A stretch of DNA of 64,000 bases. Origin: an uncultured bacterium (GTDB taxonomy: Bacteria > Babelota > Babeliae > Babelales > Vermiphilaceae). Positions 33,224 through 43,230 of the stretch are shown in pieces; positions within the stretch are counted from its first letter, which is position 1, and every line of letters begins with the position of its first letter. The DNA lies in the NCBI GenBank assembly GCA_963695335.1, contig OY968764.1, positions 1,120,001 to 1,184,000 of the forward strand, read 5' to 3'. The notes below the pieces were generated by a model. The model ran no database searches and was not told the origin of the DNA. It saw only the letters and a program-made list of their open reading frames with translations. A program made the translations under genes and the position numbers.

Positions 33224-33301
33224 TGGCGGGGTGGACGGGACTTGAACCCGCGACCTTCCGCGTGACAGGCGGACGCTCTATCCGAGCTGAGCTACCACCC
33301 C
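33224..33301 (-). tRNA. tRNA-Asp (GTC)
   Basis: GGGGTGG acceptor, CTGTCAC loop, GGTTCAAGTCC, encoded CCA. Confidence 0.97.
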
Positions 33302-33308
33302 AAATTAG

Positions 33309-33383
33309 TGGCTCCTCGGGCAGGATTCGAACCTGCGACCCAACGATTAACAGTCGTTTGCTCTACCACTGAGCTACCGAGGA
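33309..33383 (-). tRNA. tRNA-Asn (GTT)
   Basis: TCCTCGG acceptor, CTGTTAA loop, GGTTCGAATCC, encoded CCA. Confidence 0.97.
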
Positions 33384-33403
33384 ATAATTTCAATTAAAAA
33401 GTA

Positions 33404-33550
33404 TGGCCATGCCATACAAAGCTTTAGCGAGCCCTACTTCGCTCTACGAGCTACGAAGGGCATACTTCGCTTTTAAACCATCAAACTTCTTTTCAAATAA
33501 AAGACAAACCTTTGAAAAATTGGCTTGCCATACGTAGCTTTAGCGAAGTA
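33404..33550 (-). repeat. tRNA 3'-trailer structured element, divergent copy after tRNA-Val
   Basis: CCA|tacttcgctaaagctacgtatgg...agcgaagtatgcccttcgtagctcgtagagcgaagtagggc. Confidence 0.8.
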
Positions 33551-33625
33551 TGGTGGGCGATGTAGGTTTCGAACCTACGACCCCCAGTTTGTAAGACTGA
33601 TGCTCTACCACTGAGCTAATCGCCC
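33551..33625 (-). tRNA. tRNA-Val (TAC)
   Basis: GGGCGAT acceptor, CTTACAA loop, GGTTCGAAACC, encoded CCA. Confidence 0.96.
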
Positions 33626-33782
33626 TTAAATCCCACCTAAACTTACTGAAGAAAGTGTAATGGATATAGCATCAAAAGTCAAAAAAATTATATCACATTT
33701 CTTTCACAACGATCCCTTTTGAGATATGCTACTAAAAATAATACGTTAAAAAAGCACTTTTTTACCTCTAGAAAGCTTTATC

Positions 33783-34529
33783 ATGACACTCCTTAATCTC
33801 CTCAGATCTCTCCTGCTTTTAACTATAATCCTCTACATCGCTCCGTTTTTTGTTGATGGCATTAAACAACAATACATCAATCTTCTCGAGCCACAAACCC
33901 CTATTGGTGTTATTTCTATCACTAAACCATTACACAATGAATACAACCCGACCAAAGAACTCCATTCGTTTTTTAAAGATCCCAATATTAAAGGAATTTT
34001 AATAAAAATAAACTGTGCTGAAACAGCTTCCGGCACAAGCCAATCTTTGTTTCACGACATCCGCTGCCTCAAAAAACAGTACCCTAAACCAATTATTGCT
34101 TTGGTAGAAAACATGTGCCTTTCAGGCGCTTATCTTATTGCAAGCGCATGCGACTATATCATTGCTCCAGAATCTGCACTCATTGGCAACATAGGACAGA
34201 CATTCAGCACACAAACCATACAACAGGCAACTGCTGAAAATAACGCCCCTAACTTAGAAAATGAATCATATCAACAACTGATAAAACAGATTGCCCTCAG
34301 CAGGAAATTATCGCTTACTACTGTTGCTAATTGGGCTGATGGAAAAATATTCACCGGAACACAGGCAATAGCTCTTGGATTGATTAATGAAATTGGTTCA
34401 CTATGCACCGTTATAAAAATTATTAAAGAAAAGGCTCTCATTGAAGGAGAAATTAAATGGATTGAGCATAATCACAGCAAACAATACCAATTAAATATCC
34501 TCTTTAGCAACGAGAGTGCAATATCGTAA
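33783..34529 (+). CDS. S49 (SppA-like) peptidase, short form
   Basis: N-terminal TM, KPIIA, SGAYLIASACD.I.A, IGNIG, ADGKIFTG.QA..LGLI. Confidence 0.8.
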   Translation: MTLLNLLRSLLLLTIILYIAPFFVDGIKQQYINLLEPQTPIGVISITKPLHNEYNPTKELHSFFKDPNIKGILIKINCAETASGTSQSLFHDIRCLKKQYPKPIIALVENMCLSGAYLIASACDYIIAPESALIGNIGQTFSTQTIQQATAENNAPNLENESYQQLIKQIALSRKLSLTTVANWADGKIFTGTQAIALGLINEIGSLCTVIKIIKEKALIEGEIKWIEHNHSKQYQLNILFSNESAIS

Positions 34530-35429
34530 TGTCTGGAAATCTAACGCTGGTTGTACAGCAATGGTGTAAAAAAGTTCTCCCTTATCGGCGCAAATAACTT
34601 TTCCCAACAAAAATCCTTTGGGAAACACTAACCCTTCACCGCTGGAAAGCACATCATCGCCTTCATGAATTGATTCTAGATGACTCACGTAACGCACATT
34701 TGTTCGAACTGTTTCATTAATACCTTCATGAATACCGCTTGCACCCTTGAATGACATTTTACTATTTTTACGAGCCTGCATAGTTTTATGCGCGTTTTGC
34801 AGTTTTGCAGATGAAGGCGCACACAGCACCGCTACCTTGCAATCAACATCTGTAATCAGAGAGACTTTACAATACCATGGATACAATTCAGTAACTCTTC
34901 CCACAATAGTATTACCATACAACGCTACCATATCTTTTTTTATACCATGCACGCTACCCATATCCATGAGAAAGAATTGATTATTACCTGAAAAATGACG
35001 TGCCAACACCTGCGCAATGCTCCCCTTCTGTAATGCATACCGTTTATTAAATCCACGCAACTCTTCCGTTTCATCCGCATACTGGCACATCGCTTTTAAC
35101 GCAATATGCTCTGTACAAAGATCCGCATATTTTTTTTGTAAATCACCAATGCTTTTTTCCAAATCTGCAACAGAATTTGAACGGTGCCTCCATCGCGCAA
35201 CAGGCTCAACAATCATCTGCTGAGCTTTTAATAACGGATATAAACAGCACGAAGCAACAATCTGGAGTATTGATGCTTGCCCTTCGTCCTTCGACAAGCT
35301 TACATCCTTCGCCGAAGGCTTCGGAGCACACGGCAGGATGAGCGGGAAGCGAAGTATAGGCTGCATCACAAAAAAAAATATCATAACAAAAACCACGCCA
35401 ATCACTATTCTATTTTTATACACAAACAT
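34491..35429 (-). CDS. mreC: Rod shape-determining protein MreC with REP-derived in-frame insert
   Basis: N-terminal TM, coiled coil, GIKKDM, VGRV, VSLITD, SSGEGLVFPKG..G.V. Confidence 0.85.
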   Translation of the reverse strand: MFVYKNRIVIGVVFVMIFFFVMQPILRFPLILPCAPKPSAKDVSLSKDEGQASILQIVASCCLYPLLKAQQMIVEPVARWRHRSNSVADLEKSIGDLQKKYADLCTEHIALKAMCQYADETEELRGFNKRYALQKGSIAQVLARHFSGNNQFFLMDMGSVHGIKKDMVALYGNTIVGRVTELYPWYCKVSLITDVDCKVAVLCAPSSAKLQNAHKTMQARKNSKMSFKGASGIHEGINETVRTNVRYVSHLESIHEGDDVLSSGEGLVFPKGFLLGKVICADKGELFYTIAVQPALDFQTLRYCTLVAKEDI

Positions 35430-35523
35430 TCACTCTTGATTTCAGTAACAAAAAATTTTATTGTAAACACACACATTATAAGGTAACTCTTAAATGAATT
35501 TTTTTTAATAAAAAGGATTTTTC

Positions 35524-36165
35524 ATGACATTATCTTGCAAAAAATTACTTACCATTTCTTGTGTATCATTTTCTTTATGCGCAATGGAACAAGAGCAATT
35601 ATCCACAACCAAAAACTCCTCTCAAATAGTATCAAAAGATCATTACAGCACTCTCAACAGTCTCTACAAAAAAACTTATCAAGCATTACGTAATTATAAT
35701 CCTACTGACAGCCAAACGATTACAAGCATATTTCAAATTCTTGATACAACAACACAATTACAAATTGATGGTTGCGGCGAAATGGAATGTGGAAAATTCG
35801 CCTACCAACAACATATACTCCAACAAGCCCCAATGGCCCCTTATATAAGTCTTTTTTTTAAAAGAATTGCAAAACACAATGCCCGCATGAAAGACAATAA
35901 TTTCACTCCATCAACACTAGAACAATTTATTCAGTACAGAAAAATACCTCTCATCAATGAAGCGATTGAAGAATCTAATTCATTTGATCTTGGAATCAAA
36001 GATGAAATAGACACACATACTACAGAATTTCTTGATTCTTACAATAAAACCACAAATAGTCTCAGCGAATACGAAAACCTGCTACAAAACATCACAAAAA
36101 TGCTCACCATGAACCCAGAAAAAACAAAACTTCTTGCTGACCTTATTTATGGCCCTAAACTTTAA
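35524..36165 (+). CDS. Exported hypothetical protein (signal peptide + AME)
   Basis: KKLLTISCVSFSLCAMEQEQ; aagga RBS. Confidence 0.7.
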   Translation: MTLSCKKLLTISCVSFSLCAMEQEQLSTTKNSSQIVSKDHYSTLNSLYKKTYQALRNYNPTDSQTITSIFQILDTTTQLQIDGCGEMECGKFAYQQHILQQAPMAPYISLFFKRIAKHNARMKDNNFTPSTLEQFIQYRKIPLINEAIEESNSFDLGIKDEIDTHTTEFLDSYNKTTNSLSEYENLLQNITKMLTMNPEKTKLLADLIYGPKL

Positions 36166-36251
36166 TTGTTACTACAATTTGCTGCATAACAAGACCTATG
36201 ATACAATGAAATGTACTCTTTTTTAGCTTTCAAAAAGAATAGGTTTTTTCT

Positions 36252-37406
36252 ATGCATTATGACATTTCAGCCAATACGCGCTCCTTATACATACATTGGC
36301 CATTTTGTCCGTACCGTTGCCATTACTGCCCTTTTGTGGCATTAGCATCGCACGATCCATTCATGGAACGGTATCATAATGCCCTCATCAAAGAAATTAA
36401 AGATTTTGGCAGCAATTACACCGAAAAACTACAACTCGATACCATTTATTTTGGTGGCGGCACTCCAAGCACCTACCCAGATCATCTGCTCACTGAAATG
36501 TTTGCCGTACTCAACCAATACTTCAGTTTCAGCGAAAACATCGAAATAACGTTAGAAGTGAACCCAGGAACGGTGCGCTTTGAACAGTTAGCTTTGTGGA
36601 AACAACTCGGGATTAATCGAATCAGCATTGGCGTTCAAAGCCTTAATGATGAAGTTCTTACAAAATTAAATCGCCTCCAAAAAGCGTCTGATGTGTACAC
36701 ATTACTCAGCACTGCTCCTGCCTATTTTGATAACATCTCTGTGGATGTTATTTTGGGTCTGCCAGGTGTTAGTACATCTGAATGGGAAAATATGCTTGCA
36801 ACAATAGTGACATGGAACATTACCCATCTATCGATGTACGTTTTAGAAGTTCATGATAGCACACCACTATTTTTCAATGTTAAATCAAAAAAAGTTACAT
36901 TGCCTTGCGATGACGATGTTATTAATGCATATTATTGGTCACGTGAATTTCTTGCCAATCATGGTTTTACGCAGTATGAAGTTTCTAGTTTTGCACGATC
37001 AGCAAAAGAATCACGACACAACACAACCTACTGGGAACGCCGACCATATCGTGGTTTTGGACTTGGTGCATGTTCATTTGATGGAACTTCCCGACTGCAA
37101 AATGAAAAAAATCTTATGAAATACTTGCAAAGCATTGAGCAAAACGATTATAAACCAATATTTGCTGAGACACTCACTCAAAATCAGGTATATACCGAAA
37201 AAGTTATGTTGGGATTACGAAGAATAAAGGGGGTTTGTTGGGAAGAAATTAGTAGCAGTTTAGATAGTGAACAGAAAACAAAAATCAGATCAACAATCGA
37301 TATATTGCAACAAAAAAATTTAGTTACAGAAAATAATGGTCGTCTACAGTTAAGTCCTGCGGGACTTGTAGTAGAAAATGAAATTATAACGCAACTTTCT
37401 TTATAA
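36252..37406 (+). CDS. hemW: Radical SAM heme chaperone HemW (HemN-like)
   Basis: SLYIHWPFCPYRCHYC, YFGGGTPS, RISIGVQS, YEVSSFA, HNTTYW. Confidence 0.9.
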   Translation: MHYDISANTRSLYIHWPFCPYRCHYCPFVALASHDPFMERYHNALIKEIKDFGSNYTEKLQLDTIYFGGGTPSTYPDHLLTEMFAVLNQYFSFSENIEITLEVNPGTVRFEQLALWKQLGINRISIGVQSLNDEVLTKLNRLQKASDVYTLLSTAPAYFDNISVDVILGLPGVSTSEWENMLATIVTWNITHLSMYVLEVHDSTPLFFNVKSKKVTLPCDDDVINAYYWSREFLANHGFTQYEVSSFARSAKESRHNTTYWERRPYRGFGLGACSFDGTSRLQNEKNLMKYLQSIEQNDYKPIFAETLTQNQVYTEKVMLGLRRIKGVCWEEISSSLDSEQKTKIRSTIDILQQKNLVTENNGRLQLSPAGLVVENEIITQLSL

Positions 37407-37445
37407 AAATATTTTAGTACTTGTTTTAAGTAAGTTAGGGTATCC

Positions 37446-37907
37446 ATGGCAAAACATGTTGGTGTAAAATTACCAGAAGATTTATTGGCGGTTTTAAAAA
37501 AAGGACAAACAGTAGGCATTCTTGCAACTTTTTCTGAAAAAGGTTTGCCAAACACAACTCCTGTTCAATGCATTGCTGCAAAAGGCCTTGAAAGCATTTT
37601 ACTCACCATTCACAAAGATCACACAGGTTACCATAACATGGTATGGCAAAAAAAAGTTATGATCTGCTTTTTAGATGAAGGAAACGTTGCATACAGTATT
37701 TTAGGACGAGCTGGCGTTGTACGCGCGCCATCTCTTGTTCATCCTTTTATGAATGTTGTACGCATTGATATTATTGATATTAAAAGCGATAGATCAGTCT
37801 TAACTAAAGTAGAAAGTGGTGTAAGATGGAGTTATACTTCACCTGACGCTGAAGAGCTTTCAAACGCTCTTATGGCTGAATTGGATGAACTCTCTGAATC
37901 ACTTTAA
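37446..37907 (+). CDS. Pyridoxamine 5'-phosphate oxidase-like split-barrel protein
   Basis: ILATFSEKGLPNTTP pattern; YSILGRA. Confidence 0.7.
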   Translation: MAKHVGVKLPEDLLAVLKKGQTVGILATFSEKGLPNTTPVQCIAAKGLESILLTIHKDHTGYHNMVWQKKVMICFLDEGNVAYSILGRAGVVRAPSLVHPFMNVVRIDIIDIKSDRSVLTKVESGVRWSYTSPDAEELSNALMAELDELSESL

Positions 37908-37930
37908 AATAAACAAAGGAGATTAGTATT

Positions 37931-39280
37931 ATGCATAAACAAACGATCATAACTGTAGCAATGTTCGGCCTCATATCACAAACAACTTTAGGGTCCGAAA
38001 CTTCTTCTATAGAAACAACTCAGCAAACCCAATCCTTCGCTAAAGCTTCGGAGGACAAGTCGGAGAGCACGGTAGAACAACCAGCTCAAGCAGAAACAAC
38101 AACACAAGAAGAAACATCAATCGTATCCCCAGAAATAGAATCTACTCCAACACCCCCTGAAGAAGTACCCCTACTTCGCCAAGGCTCCGAAGGGCAGGCA
38201 ATGATTCCGTATAAAGAGACTTCTTCTCATGAAGAATCTCCAGCCCTACTTCGCTCTACGAGCTCCGAAGGGCAAGCAGAATCAACAGAAACTGCAACAC
38301 CTCCAACAGAAGAAACTGTTACCATCCCTGGAGAAGAAACAGAGCCTACTCAGCCTACCATACCCACCATGCCTGAACCAATTAAAGAAGAACCAATTGT
38401 TATTCCAGAAGAACCAGAAAAAGCAGAAGCTCCTGCTGGAATTGATACCGTTTCACTTGAAAATCCACAAGGCAACTGGCTCTATAAACGTATTTGGTGG
38501 GAACGAGCAGAAGAACGTTATGAAAAAATTCGTCTTCTTGTTGACGCAATATGGGAATCACGCACTATCTTTTTTGTAAAACGTAATGAACTTGATAGAA
38601 ATGTTCTTGATCCTTTTTATCTGAATGTTGGTATTGGACAAGGAGAGCTACAAGTTATACTTTCTGAACTTGTTGATTTCTTTGAAAAACATCGTGAACA
38701 ACAAGGTGATTTAAATGAACAAGAGCGTTCATTATACGATACCATCGCAACAGAAGAAGAAGCATTAAAACAGCTTAAACAAGATGTTGAATCTGTTGCC
38801 AATCTTGATCATGCTATTGATGATGCTCTTGGCACACTCATGAATCAAATCAATCGTGTGCGCCAATATGAACGACAAGCATGGGAAAATTTTAAAGAGA
38901 TTGCTCATATTTTAAATGATACAAAAGCACGCGAACTGTATTACATGATAGAAGGTGCAGCACGTAATATAAAAAATATAAGCACCTACGTTGAACAAGA
39001 TTTTTTCACCCACTTCGCTAAACTCATTGAAGAAGCAACAAAACACGTTAATCGCGTACAAAGCCAAATCGAATCACTCAAAGAAAAAGGTGTAAGCTTT
39101 AAACGCCAAACAGAGCTTCTTGAACAAAAACAAGAACAGTTAGAACAAGAAGAGGAAGAAGAAGTTGCCCCAAAACCAAAATTAGGCTGGTTTGGTTGGA
39201 TTATGTCATATCTTAATAGTGTTTCTGATTTTATTTTCTCTATTATCAGAATGCCGTATGACCTAATTTTTGGGAAATAA
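37931..39280 (+). CDS. Exported/anchored protein: E/T/P-rich linker containing three in-frame REPs, coiled coil, C-terminal amphipathic helix
   Basis: Signal peptide; PQGNWLYKRIWW; REP translations SFAKASEDK, PLLRQGSEGQA, ALLRSTSSEGQA. Confidence 0.75.
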   Translation: MHKQTIITVAMFGLISQTTLGSETSSIETTQQTQSFAKASEDKSESTVEQPAQAETTTQEETSIVSPEIESTPTPPEEVPLLRQGSEGQAMIPYKETSSHEESPALLRSTSSEGQAESTETATPPTEETVTIPGEETEPTQPTIPTMPEPIKEEPIVIPEEPEKAEAPAGIDTVSLENPQGNWLYKRIWWERAEERYEKIRLLVDAIWESRTIFFVKRNELDRNVLDPFYLNVGIGQGELQVILSELVDFFEKHREQQGDLNEQERSLYDTIATEEEALKQLKQDVESVANLDHAIDDALGTLMNQINRVRQYERQAWENFKEIAHILNDTKARELYYMIEGAARNIKNISTYVEQDFFTHFAKLIEEATKHVNRVQSQIESLKEKGVSFKRQTELLEQKQEQLEQEEEEEVAPKPKLGWFGWIMSYLNSVSDFIFSIIRMPYDLIFGK

Positions 39281-39298
39281 ACTGTAAATTTTATTGAT

Positions 39299-39529
39299 GA
39301 GCGCTTTAATCATTTTTCCCCAATTTTACTTCGTTTCAATCGGGGACCCCATCGAAAGAAACTGAAGATGGGGGTGAGCTGATGAGCGCTCATTTTTTTA
39401 TATTCTCAAATCATATCTCAATCCTACTTCAAACCAGGTCAATTTTTCTTATTTTCAAAGAAATATTAACACAAATAGATGAAGACTTTCTTAAGCGCTC
39501 ATCCTGAACTTGTTGAAGGATTAAGCGCC
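39299..39529. repeat. Family-3 double hairpin (39317-39374) inside gagcgct-flanked repeat, plus single family-1 REP (39494-39529)
   Basis: ccccaatt..aatcggggaccccatcgaaagaaactgaagatgggg; gcgctcatcctgaacttgttgaagg. Confidence 0.75.
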
Positions 39530-39593
39530 CAGACTATTTAAAAAAAATTGATAATATCGAATTTATCGCTATACTAAAAAACATTGAAATAAA

Positions 39594-39680
39594 GCCGGGG
39601 TGGTGAAATTGGCAGACACGCAGCCTTGAGGTGGCTGTGGGAGAAATCCCATAGGGGTTCGAGTCCCCTCCCTGGCACCA
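39594..39680 (+). tRNA. tRNA-Leu (GAG)
   Basis: GCCGGGG acceptor, TTGAGGT loop, long variable arm, GGTTCGAGTCC, encoded CCA. Confidence 0.96.
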
Positions 39681-39828
39681 GTTTTCGCTCTAACGAGCTT
39701 CATCTGGCTGCGCCGCAACAAGATGGTTTTTGAAATAGAAAAAGTTCGATAGCAAAAGCGAAAACTGTCCGACGTAGCGTGAGTCCGAAGAAGCCGCAGG
39801 CGAAAACGGATCGAAGGCGTAGACGGAC
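39681..39828 (+). repeat. tRNA 3'-trailer structured element, copy after tRNA-Leu
   Basis: Closely similar to the tRNA-Phe trailer apart from the AT-rich spacer, with compensatory change gttttcgc/gcgaaaac. Confidence 0.85.
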
Positions 39829-39906
39829 TAACTTACTATCTGGCTATCGTCAATAAAAAATAATTAAAAAAAGAAGAGAAGCCCCAAGTTTTTAAGGAGT
39901 TTTTTG

Positions 39907-41458
39907 ATGAATTCAACAGCAAAGCGTTTTGCAAATTCTAGTTTAATGATATGGATACTGTTAATTGTTATCGGTATCTATTTTTTATATCCATTACGCA
40001 AATCAATACGTTTTGGAATTGATCTTGTTGGTGGAAGTTATCTAACATTAGAAGTAAAAACAGATGTAGCAATTGAAGCAGAACTTATTAGAAAAATGCA
40101 GACAATTGAAGCAAAATGTAAACGGGAACGCATCAACGTCCTTTCAAGATCTATTCAAGATCAAAAAATAATTCTCACATTCGAAAATCCTCAACAAACA
40201 CAAGAAGCTACTCGCATCATAAAATCAGATGAACGTGAACTAGTTCAAACCGTTGAACGTAACAGTATCACATTAAATTTCTCTGATGCAATGGAAAAAC
40301 GAATCAAAGAAGATGCTGTTTTACGAAACATAGAAGTATTACGCACACGTCTTGATAGATTCAGCGTTGCAGAAATTTCTATCGCAAAACAGGGTGAAAA
40401 AGAGATTATCATTGAGCTTCCAGATGTTTCAAATCCTCAAGAAGCAAAAGAGATGATCGGTCGTGCTGCACTTCTTGAATTCAAACTTGTTGAAAAAATA
40501 GGTTCAAGTGAACAAGAACTGCTTCTTGAATATGATGGTGAATTGCCTGATGATTTACAAATTTTACCAGGCGAACGTGATCACGGACGCACTCCATATT
40601 ATGTTGTACAAAGATATGCAAAAGTAACAGGTAACATGCTTGCTGATGCACGTCCTACAATGGGTGGTAAAACTGGAGTTGAACCGGTTGTACAATTTTC
40701 ATTCAGTGATGAAGGTGGCGACAAATTTTATGAACTGACAAGCAAAAATTATAACCGTCAACTTGCAATAGTTCTTGATGGTGAAGTTATATCTGCACCA
40801 CGCATAGAATCAGCAATTCGCAACACTGGTACTATTACCGGAAACTTCACAACAGCAGAAGTTAAAAAATTAGCATATCTTCTTAAAATCAGGATCATTT
40901 GTAGCGCCAGTAACTTTTGAAGAAGAACGTCAAATTGGACCTTCACTTGGTGCTGAATCAATTAAAAATGGTTTATATTCTTGCCTTGGTGGCTTTGGCT
41001 TAATTTTCCTCTTTAGTGTGTATTACTACAAATTAAGCGGATTACTTGCATTCTTGGCACTTATATATAACCTCATTCTTATTTTAATGGGTCTTGCATG
41101 GTTGCATGCAACATTAACATTGCCTGGTATTGCAGGTATGGTGTTGACTATTGGTATGGCAATTGATGCTTCAATTTTGATTTATGAACGTATTAAAGAA
41201 GAATTGGCACGCGGTAGCAGTATTAAAAATGCTGTTGATACTGGATTTTCTGGTGCGATGGGTGTGATTTTAGATGCAAACATTACTACCTTTATAAGTG
41301 GTATTGTTTTATACAATTTGGGCTCAGGACCAATTCAAGGATTTGCAGTAACAATGATGTTGGGAATTATTGCAACATTCATTGCAACACTATTTTTCTT
41401 AAAATCGTTCTTTAGATTTATTTTAAGTAACTTTAGTATTCAAAAGCTTTCTATTTAG
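39907..41458 (+). CDS. secD: Protein translocase subunit SecD, one apparent +1 indel near 40887
   Basis: FGIDLVGG, IIIELP, LAIVLDG..ISAP, TLTLPGIAG.VLTIGMAIDA..LIYERIKEE, DANITT, GFAVT. Confidence 0.93.
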
Positions 41459-41500
41459 TGTTATACTAAGTTTATAATATTGAAATGTTTGATATTTATA

Positions 41501-41541
41501 AGCGCTCAAGGATATCCTTCGACAGGCTCAGGACGAGCGGG
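41501..41541. repeat. Single family-1 REP in the tRNA-Met leader
   Basis: agcgctcaaggatatccttcgacaggctcaggacgagcggg. Confidence 0.8.
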
Positions 41542-41566
41542 ATAAAAGCTTATAATAAAATTTAGT

Positions 41567-41643
41567 GGCGACGTAGCTCAGCTGGTTAGAGCGGCGGAAT
41601 CATAATCCGTAGGTCCGGGGTTCGAGTCCCTGCGTCGCTACCA
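41567..41643 (+). tRNA. tRNA-Met (CAT), elongator type
   Basis: GGCGACG acceptor, CAT anticodon, GGTTCGAGTCC, encoded CCA; lacks initiator GGG/CCC anticodon stem. Confidence 0.93.
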
Positions 41644-41662
41644 AAAAATAAATACCATTCTC

Positions 41663-42244
41663 ATGTTGAACACAGAACTTTCACTTCCCATGCTTCTCAC
41701 ATGTATCAGATTAATTGGTTCTCCAATTATTTTGCCTTTCTTGCTTGTTTACTTATTACCATGTAATATTTTTTGGCTCAATTGCAGCTTAGCTGCAATT
41801 TTTGTTTTATTTGGTCTTACTGATTTTTTTGATGGTTATCTAGCGCGTAAATACAATCAAGTCACTTCCACAGGCGCTATGCTTGATCATGTTGCTGATA
41901 AGTTTTTACTCTATGCAACACTCATTGCACTTGTTGCCGCACACAAACTTTATTTTTTTTGGGCTATTATGTGGATTGGAAGAGAATTTTTTATCATGAC
42001 ACTGCGTCAAATCGCTCTGGAAAACAATTTTGCAATTACCGTCTCATCGTATGGAAAAGTTAAAACCGTTGCGCAAATGGCATGCTTAGCCTTTATAATC
42101 GCTAATCCATACCACGCACATCTTTTTACTGCTTTATATTGGAATGGAACTGAACTGCTCTTATTAATTATAGGCACTGCCTTATCAATCGGCAGCGCCT
42201 ACAATTATTTCTCTGTTTTTATGGAACAATACAATAATAATTAG
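41663..42244 (+). CDS. pgsA: CDP-diacylglycerol--glycerol-3-phosphate 3-phosphatidyltransferase
   Basis: TDFFDGYLARK...GAMLDHVADK, RE, GKVKT..Q. Confidence 0.9.
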   Translation: MLNTELSLPMLLTCIRLIGSPIILPFLLVYLLPCNIFWLNCSLAAIFVLFGLTDFFDGYLARKYNQVTSTGAMLDHVADKFLLYATLIALVAAHKLYFFWAIMWIGREFFIMTLRQIALENNFAITVSSYGKVKTVAQMACLAFIIANPYHAHLFTALYWNGTELLLLIIGTALSIGSAYNYFSVFMEQYNNN

Positions 42245-42245
42245 T

Positions 42246-43208
42246 TCACGATAAATACCAAAAGAACTGTGTGACGCAATCAATTACATCTCGCGGAATT
42301 TTATATAAAAAATGCTCAGATTGCTTTTCATATACATCATGATGCACGCCATACAACTGCACTATTTTATCCGTTACGCCACATGCACGCATCAACAACA
42401 GTTTATACCAATTAAACTCAAAATCTGTTTCTATAACCAATTCTATTCGCTTATATGTATCTTCTTTTTGCTGTTTTAAATATTCAAAAATTGATGCTAC
42501 AGCAACTGATACTGCTTTTCCTTTGGGAAAGGCTACTGGCATATCAACCGTTCCCAACGTAGGCAATGCTATACTTTTTTCATCTTTCGCATCATATAGA
42601 TGAATTTTATTAAGAACAATTTCATAACATTGAGCCAAATCTTTAAATAGTTGTTGCATGCCCTTATCACCAGACATTTGAAATGTTGTGTACAGCTTTC
42701 TTTTGTTATCTACATAATAATAACTATGTATTGCTTTTTTATTTTGATTATCCTTTTTAAAAAAGCTCAACCTACTTTTTATTTTATCAACATGTAAGTT
42801 TCCTGTTTTGCTTTTGCTAACATAATAAAATAACCGATCATCTTTGCCCTTCATAGCATATGGTTCTTGAATAGCAACAACCTGACCTACCACACGCTCA
42901 CTCACAATCTTCTCTGGATCAAAAATCTCATCAGCAGACTTTTTATACGAATAAATAGAATGTCCTCTATAAAAATAATTACCAACCTCTTGTTGATACG
43001 GATTAAATGTTCTTTTGCTTAATACTGTTTGTTGATTTTCCCCCACAATCATAACACTCACGTTCAATATCGGGTAAACATCACACAAATAACCTTTAAT
43101 AAGATTAATTTTGGTACCATGCGCTGTAATGCTCCACTTATTTTCTTTTTCCATTGCATGACTAGATATCATAAAAATAGATGCTAGAATGAATATATTT
43201 TTTGTCAT
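42246..43208 (-). CDS. Exported macrodomain-like protein, array member 5
   Basis: AMEKENKWSIT..GTKINL, SIALPTLGT, FPKGKAVSVAV, RIELV; tail LYKIPRDVIDCV. Confidence 0.75.
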   Translation of the reverse strand: MTKNIFILASIFMISSHAMEKENKWSITAHGTKINLIKGYLCDVYPILNVSVMIVGENQQTVLSKRTFNPYQQEVGNYFYRGHSIYSYKKSADEIFDPEKIVSERVVGQVVAIQEPYAMKGKDDRLFYYVSKSKTGNLHVDKIKSRLSFFKKDNQNKKAIHSYYYVDNKRKLYTTFQMSGDKGMQQLFKDLAQCYEIVLNKIHLYDAKDEKSIALPTLGTVDMPVAFPKGKAVSVAVASIFEYLKQQKEDTYKRIELVIETDFEFNWYKLLLMRACGVTDKIVQLYGVHHDVYEKQSEHFLYKIPRDVIDCVTQFFWYLS

Positions 43209-43230
43209 AAGTTCTGCAACCTTGGTAATG

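Noticed and set aside
33224..33625. Integrative element at the tRNA cluster
   Set aside because: No integrase and no duplicated tRNA 3' end (attR) found in the window.
34770..34822. Second repeat-derived insert in mreC (PSSAKLQNAHK...)
   Set aside because: Looks like an insertion but is too degenerate to assign to a repeat family.
40880..40920. secD split into two genes
   Set aside because: Removing one A from cttaaaatcagga restores LKSGSFVAPV...IGPSLG; homopolymer error.
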